A stretch of 48,499 nucleotides of DNA from an uncultured virus (IMG/VR IMGVR_UViG_2061766007_001600) (taxonomy: Duplodnaviria; Heunggongvirae; Uroviricota; Caudoviricetes), in the IMG/VR virus record IMGVR_UViG_2061766007_001600, one strand, 5' to 3'. The position numbers and the translations under genes are program-made. Below the pieces are notes generated by a model. The model ran no database searches, was not told where the DNA came from, and saw only the letters and a program-made list of their open reading frames with translations. Positions 43,756 to 48,499 of this stretch are shown one piece after another (within the stretch, counting starts at the first letter, position 1; each line of letters starts with the position of its first letter).

Positions 43756-44829
43756 ATGGCAAAGACCTTTAAAGAAATCAAAAAATCAAACCCATACCCA
43801 AGGCAGAAAGGTGGACGTTTTGGATTTGCTACAGGGAAGACGGCTAAAGAGGAGCTGGAATCAGGAATAACGTCTTCAAGTTCTTCTGATGCAGAAGAGT
43901 TTGACCCTTTCAAAGTGTTGATGGGTGAAGCTGAACGATATCAAAAACTGACACCAGAACAAAGGGAGACAGAAAGGAAAACTAAAGCAGAAGAAATGCG
44001 GATCTTCGAAGAAAGGAGAAGACGCAGAGAGGAAAAACGCAGGAAAGAAGAGCAACAAAGACTTGACGCAAGCACAGATTTTGAAAGTGTTCCAGACAGT
44101 TTCAAAGCACCAGGTATCAGTAATGATGGTGAAATAACAAAGTGCAAAAGTATAGGCGAATTACGAGCATACATGAAATCCGGCTATGATGTGGAATTAT
44201 ATGACACATTAGATGAGTTGAACTTCGAAGCCGTACGGGATTCTGTAAATGGAACGGTAAGCGTTTTGAGAGATTTTCCGTCCATTCAGGAGTCAAGAAG
44301 CACTCAACTATTCGGTATCGGTGTAATGCCAGAATTCAAAAGAAAAGGGGCTGCATGCTATGAAACTGCAAACATTTCTCTTAATCCAGAAGTGGCCGAA
44401 ACATATAAAAAACCAAATAGTGTGTATGTAGAGCAGGCAAATAGAAAATGGTGGGTTGAAAACGCTTCCCCAAAGACAATCGGCGCACACGAAGCTGGGC
44501 ATCACATGGCTGCTGTACTGACAGAACTTAATCCAGATATTCCATCGTATAGGAAGAAATCGTCATTAAGGAATCATCAGGAAGCACAGAATGTTGTGCG
44601 GACAGCGATAAGGAATTATCAGAAAACGAAAGAAGGAAAAGGAAAGACGGAATCCTCGCTTCGAGAAGAAATAAGTGGTCAGTCAAGCATAAGCTATGGA
44701 GAAACAATGGCTGAAGCGTACAGTGATTGCGTTACAAATGGAACAAAAGCGCATCCATTATCTCAGGAAATACGCAGAGTTGCTACTCATAGAGTTCGCA
44801 GATTCATGAAAGGGAGAAACGATGGCTGA
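43756..44829 (+). CDS. Head-module protein with C-terminal HExxH zincin-like domain
   Basis: MAKTFKEIKKSNPY..GGRF; AHEAGHH; ETMAEAYS. Confidence 0.65.
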   Translation: MAKTFKEIKKSNPYPRQKGGRFGFATGKTAKEELESGITSSSSSDAEEFDPFKVLMGEAERYQKLTPEQRETERKTKAEEMRIFEERRRRREEKRRKEEQQRLDASTDFESVPDSFKAPGISNDGEITKCKSIGELRAYMKSGYDVELYDTLDELNFEAVRDSVNGTVSVLRDFPSIQESRSTQLFGIGVMPEFKRKGAACYETANISLNPEVAETYKKPNSVYVEQANRKWWVENASPKTIGAHEAGHHMAAVLTELNPDIPSYRKKSSLRNHQEAQNVVRTAIRNYQKTKEGKGKTESSLREEISGQSSISYGETMAEAYSDCVTNGTKAHPLSQEIRRVATHRVRRFMKGRNDG

Positions 44830-45106
44830 ACTGTTCAAAGAGATTAAAAAGAAAGCACTGACAACAGCGCAGCGGGACGATTTGCCTGAGAAGACATTCG
44901 GAATACCTGAACTGAGGAAATATCCACTTAATGACGCTAAGCACGTCAGACAGGCGGTCATAATGTTCAACCACGTTTCCCCGGAGTACGAGAGGGAATT
45001 GGCAAGGAACATAAAGAGGGCGATGAAAAAATACGGCATAAAAATGAATGTGTCGGATCAGAACCGTTTCCACAAGTATTACAGGGGAGGTGATGGTAAT
45101 GACTAA
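44822..45106 (+). CDS. DUF6582-like small head-module protein
   Basis: LTTAQRDDLP..FGIPELRKYPLNDAKHVRQA...AMKKYGI. Confidence 0.7.
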   Translation: MAELFKEIKKKALTTAQRDDLPEKTFGIPELRKYPLNDAKHVRQAVIMFNHVSPEYERELARNIKRAMKKYGIKMNVSDQNRFHKYYRGGDGND

Positions 45107-46120
45107 GAATCAGGCGATCAATACAGTCCTTCAGACAGCGCAGAACGAGATCGGATATCTTGAAAAGAAGTCTAATGCACAGCTTGACAGCAAGACTGCA
45201 AATGCCGGATCGAACAATTACACGAAATACTGGCGAGATGTGTACCCGGCTTTTCAGGGGCAGGCATGGTGCGCATGCTTTGTTTCCTGGTGTTTTATGA
45301 AGTCATTCGGAAAGGCATATGCGCAGAAGCTGCTGAAGCACTGGCCGTACACGTACTGTCCTACTCTTGCAAGTATTACAACAAACAAGAAACCAGAGGC
45401 GGGATCGATCATTATTTTCTACCGCAATGGTACTTACACGCACACCGGGCTTGTCGCTGAGGTAAACGGATCAACAATCATAACGATAGAAGGGAACACA
45501 TCAGGAGCATCAGGTGTCATTGCTAATGGTGGCGGTGTCTGCAAGAAGAGTNNNNNNNNNNNNNNGCAACTAAGTTCTTTGTTCCAGACTACAAGATCCT
45601 CTCAGGAATGGATTCCTCTGCAAGTGACTCAGCACCGGCAGACAGCGCACTGGACAGGTCATGGTTGCAGCTGGGAGATGTGGGATCTGCTGTTAAGGAA
45701 ATGCAGCAACTGCTCATTGAAGCCGGGTATTCATGCGGACCCGATGGTGCGGACGGAGATTTTGGGAAGAACACATACAATGCAGTCGTCCAGTTCCAGA
45801 AGGATCACGGACTCACTGTTGATGGTGAGTACGGAAAAGCATCAAAGGCTAAGCTGCTTGAGATCCTGAATAAGCAACAGTCTACTCCAAGCGGAAGCCT
45901 GAATAAGACTGTCAGGTTCAACGGAACGGTTACAACTGAGTTGAATGTCAGATCCTATGCCGGTACAGAGTACGACCTCTGCTCATTCAGTCCACTCAGC
46001 GAAGGGGCGGTGATCGGAATCTGCGATACGCTGAAAGGAACTGATGGTAACGACTGGTACTACATTCTTTACAATGAAAAATACGGATTCGTAAGTGCGA
46101 AGTATGTAAAAAAACAGTGA
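45099..46120 (+). CDS. Endolysin-like: CHAP + PG_binding_1 + SH3b
   Basis: AWCACFVSW, HTGLV, TIEGNT; DGDFGKNT..AVVQFQKDHGLTVDGEYG; LNVRS..WYYI..YGFVSAKY. Confidence 0.9.
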
Positions 46121-46130
46121 GGAGAGTGAA

Positions 46131-46745
46131 ATGGCAGAACTTTTTTTAGACATAGCGAAAAGAAGCGAACAGAGAGATCGTGAANNNNNNNNNNNNNNNN
46201 NNNNNNNNNNNNNNNNNNNNNNNNNNNNNNNNNNNNNNNNNNNNNNNNNNNNNNNNNNNNNNNNNNNNNNNNNNNNNNNNNNNNNNNNNNNNNNNNNNNN
46301 NNNNNNNNNNNNNNNNNNNNNNNNNNNNNNNNNNNNNNNNNNNNNNNNNNNNNNNNNNNNNNNNNNNNNNNNNNNNNNNNNNNNNNNNNNNNNNNNNNNN
46401 NNNNNNNNNNNNNNNNNNNNNNNNNNNNNNNNNNNNNNNNNNNNNNNNNNNNNNNNNNNNNNNNNNNNNNNNNNNNNNNNNNNNNNNNNNNNNNNNNNNN
46501 NNNNNNNNNNNNNNNNNNNNNNNNNNNNNNNNNNNNNNNNNNNNNNNNNNNNNNNNNNNNNNNNNNNNNNNNNNGGCGACCGGTCGATTTCAAACCGTAA
46601 GGGTGGTGAAATCATGGATGACATCGGAACACATAAGGTGAGCACCTCTTCAACTATTTCCGCTTTGAAGCAGGCTGGGTTCAAGCGCNNNNNNNNNNNN
46701 NNNNNNNNNNNNNNNNNNNNNNNNNNNGGTCAAAGAGATCAGTGA
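46131..46745 (+). CDS. hypothetical protein(s), mostly in gap
   Basis: GGAGAG RBS, MAELFLDIAKR start. Confidence 0.4.
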   Translation: MAELFLDIAKRSEQRDREXXXXXXXXXXXXXXXXXXXXXXXXXXXXXXXXXXXXXXXXXXXXXXXXXXXXXXXXXXXXXXXXXXXXXXXXXXXXXXXXXXXXXXXXXXXXXXXXXXXXXXXXXXXXXXXXXXXXXXXXXXXXXXXXXXGDRSISNRKGGEIMDDIGTHKVSTSSTISALKQAGFKRXXXXXXXXXXXXXGQRDQ

Positions 46746-46779
46746 CAATTGGAGCAAGTACAACTGATGGAGATAGATC

Positions 46780-47475
46780 ATGGATGATTTGATTTTCAAA
46801 AGCGACATCCAAATATACGACTGGGATCCTGTGCTTAATTCCGAGGGCTTCGAAGAGATCGAGAAGCGGCTCAAGCTGGCAGACTTTGCACGATGGTTCA
46901 ATCCGATGGGGATCTCAAAGGAGCAAAAGGTCAACCGATCCAGGGATGCATACGGAATTTTCGGTACTGTCAGCGACTTCTTCAAGAAGTTCAAAAAACA
47001 AATCAAGACCGGTGAGTATGACATTCTTAGCCTGTTCCGTGGCTTGTCTGATGGGTACACGAATGTAGCAGCAAACAGACTTGAACCTGATGATCCGTTG
47101 ATTGGGCAGAAAGCATATGAGTTTCCAGAACTGATCTTAGGTTCGACCGAGCGGATGCTGACACGCAGCGGGTATGACACTGATGGTTATACATTCTCAG
47201 AAAAAAGAGCCTGGTTTATCGGAATCGAGGAATCATCTGAACTGAATGCGTATGCAGATGATGGTCGTTCAGCAAGAGAGGGCATGAAGTACAAGATCTG
47301 GAAAACATGCGAAGACGACAAAGTACGAGATGCACACCAGAAAGCTGCCGGTCAGCTGCGAAAAATCGGAGAGTATTTCGAAGTCGGTGGAGAACTGATG
47401 CGTTATCCGTGCGACCCAAGAGCGAGTATGAAGAACAAAGCAGGTTGTAGGTGTTGGGTAGAGTATTCAAAATGA
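46780..47475 (+). CDS. MuF-like minor head protein
   Basis: KIWKT..DDKVRDAH...FEVGGELMRYPCDP...GCRC. Confidence 0.85.
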   Translation: MDDLIFKSDIQIYDWDPVLNSEGFEEIEKRLKLADFARWFNPMGISKEQKVNRSRDAYGIFGTVSDFFKKFKKQIKTGEYDILSLFRGLSDGYTNVAANRLEPDDPLIGQKAYEFPELILGSTERMLTRSGYDTDGYTFSEKRAWFIGIEESSELNAYADDGRSAREGMKYKIWKTCEDDKVRDAHQKAAGQLRKIGEYFEVGGELMRYPCDPRASMKNKAGCRCWVEYSK

Positions 47476-47726
47476 GGAGATATCAAATGGAAAAGAGTGA
47501 AATCCGGGTAGAAAACCCTATCGAATCAGCGAAGAAGATTGAAGCTATGGTAACCGGAAAAGAATCCGAGATCGGTGCACAGGAGCATACTAATGAAGAA
47601 AGACAGCACTACTCCTGGGAGCGTCCGTGGCCAGAAATCAAAGAGTGATGACAGCAAGCACATCGTGTTTAGAAAAACAACGACATGTTGCTCTTTGACA
47701 AAATGAAGAATGGAGAAATGTTCGTA

Positions 47727-48185
47727 ATGGCGCAGGTGTTTGAGGAAATAAAAAAGTATAATCACAATCACGGTGATGATGGAAAGTTCACGAGTGGCAC
47801 TTCCTCTGTTTCTGAAACAGGGAATGATGCTGTTTTAGCCGCCACAAAGAAAGGGTGGAATGGCAGAGAAGCAATAGGGAAACTGCTTTCCGATGCTAAG
47901 AAAGGATCAACCATTTCATATAAAGAAACTGACACAGATTACGTGAACCAGGGAGCGTACATTCAGGAAAAGGATTCTCCAAAGGAAACCAGGTGGACAA
48001 AAACACAAAACGGTATGTGGAGCGGTGTAGAGCAATATAGTGATGGACACACACAGAGGTGCATCAATCAGTCAGATCGGGATCTTGGAATGATCGTTGC
48101 GAGTGTTGCAGATCATTATTATGACAAGCAGGCATGGCCAAGCAAGAGATTCATTGACCCTGAATTCAAGGTAGATATGAAGTAA
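47727..48185 (+). CDS. hypothetical head-module protein
   Basis: MAQVFEEIKKYNHNHGDDGKFTS start. Confidence 0.6.
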   Translation: MAQVFEEIKKYNHNHGDDGKFTSGTSSVSETGNDAVLAATKKGWNGREAIGKLLSDAKKGSTISYKETDTDYVNQGAYIQEKDSPKETRWTKTQNGMWSGVEQYSDGHTQRCINQSDRDLGMIVASVADHYYDKQAWPSKRFIDPEFKVDMK

Positions 48186-48186
48186 A

Positions 48187-48219
48187 ATACTTGTACAAGT
48201 ATAACATAACCGCTATAAT
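48187..48219 (+). promoter_or_regulatory. Promoter with perfect 16-bp palindrome over -35
   Basis: ATACTTGTACAAGTAT; TTGTAC-17-TATAAT. Confidence 0.7.
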
Positions 48220-48245
48220 TGAGAAAAAAGAAAGGCGGTTATCAC

Positions 48246-48443
48246 ATGGCTGATATAAAGACAACAGCATTAAGCAGTACCAAAGCAAAAAACAAGTACA
48301 ACANNNNNNNNNNNNNNNNNNNNNNNNNNNNNNNNNNNNNNNGGGAAAAAGAGAATATCCGGCAGTGGGCTGAAAACAAAGGTGAGTCTTTGAATGGCTA
48401 TATCAATCGGCTCATCAGACAGGACATGCACACTGATAAATGA
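48246..48443 (+). CDS. Ribbon-helix-helix-like DNA-binding protein
   Basis: AKNKYN...GESLNGYINRLIRQDM. Confidence 0.7.
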   Translation: MADIKTTALSSTKAKNKYNXXXXXXXXXXXXXXEKENIRQWAENKGESLNGYINRLIRQDMHTDK

Positions 48444-48499
48444 GCGTACGCTGCCAGGGATTCTCTGAATTATACACAGAAAGGAGAGAAAATGGCAGC

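Noticed and set aside
43194..43772. Fusion of the hypothetical protein with the Tad2-like domain
   Set aside because: The join lies across an N gap; two separate genes are more likely.
9779..46745. Apparent frameshifts/pseudogenes in integrase, TerL, portal, amidoligase and lysin
   Set aside because: Each break coincides with an N run of uncertain length.

Overview
A heavily N-gapped 48.5-kb segment of a temperate tailed phage or prophage. Gene content and AGGAGG-type RBSs point to a Firmicutes, probably Clostridia/Lachnospiraceae-like, host (inference). Left to right: a DNA-methyltransferase cluster, a BRO/ANT antirepressor, a ~600-nt structured ncRNA region, accessory genes, a large serine recombinase with repressor/Cro switch, a RecT-exonuclease-replication module, RusA, a late activator, ParB-methyltransferase, amidoligase/GGCT, a ~14-kb array of small variable ORFs (interrupted by IS110 and IS3 elements), terminase, portal, a Tad2/DUF2829-like gene, a CHAP lysin and MuF. 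Most notable: (1) three tRNA-shaped RNAs with intact acceptor, D and T arms whose anticodon loop is replaced by 17-72-nt inserts, two displaying anti-Shine-Dalgarno sequences, suggesting tRNA-scaffolded antisense RNAs; (2) four unrelated head-module proteins sharing an N-terminal MAxxFxEIKK-like tag resembling the T4 capsid-targeting sequence; (3) a cassette-like gene array with a conserved GGAGGGCGAGTGATG junction; (4) a CGCA-N6-TGCG operator regulon. Frame breaks at N runs are treated as gap artefacts. Family calls come from motif recognition, not database searches.
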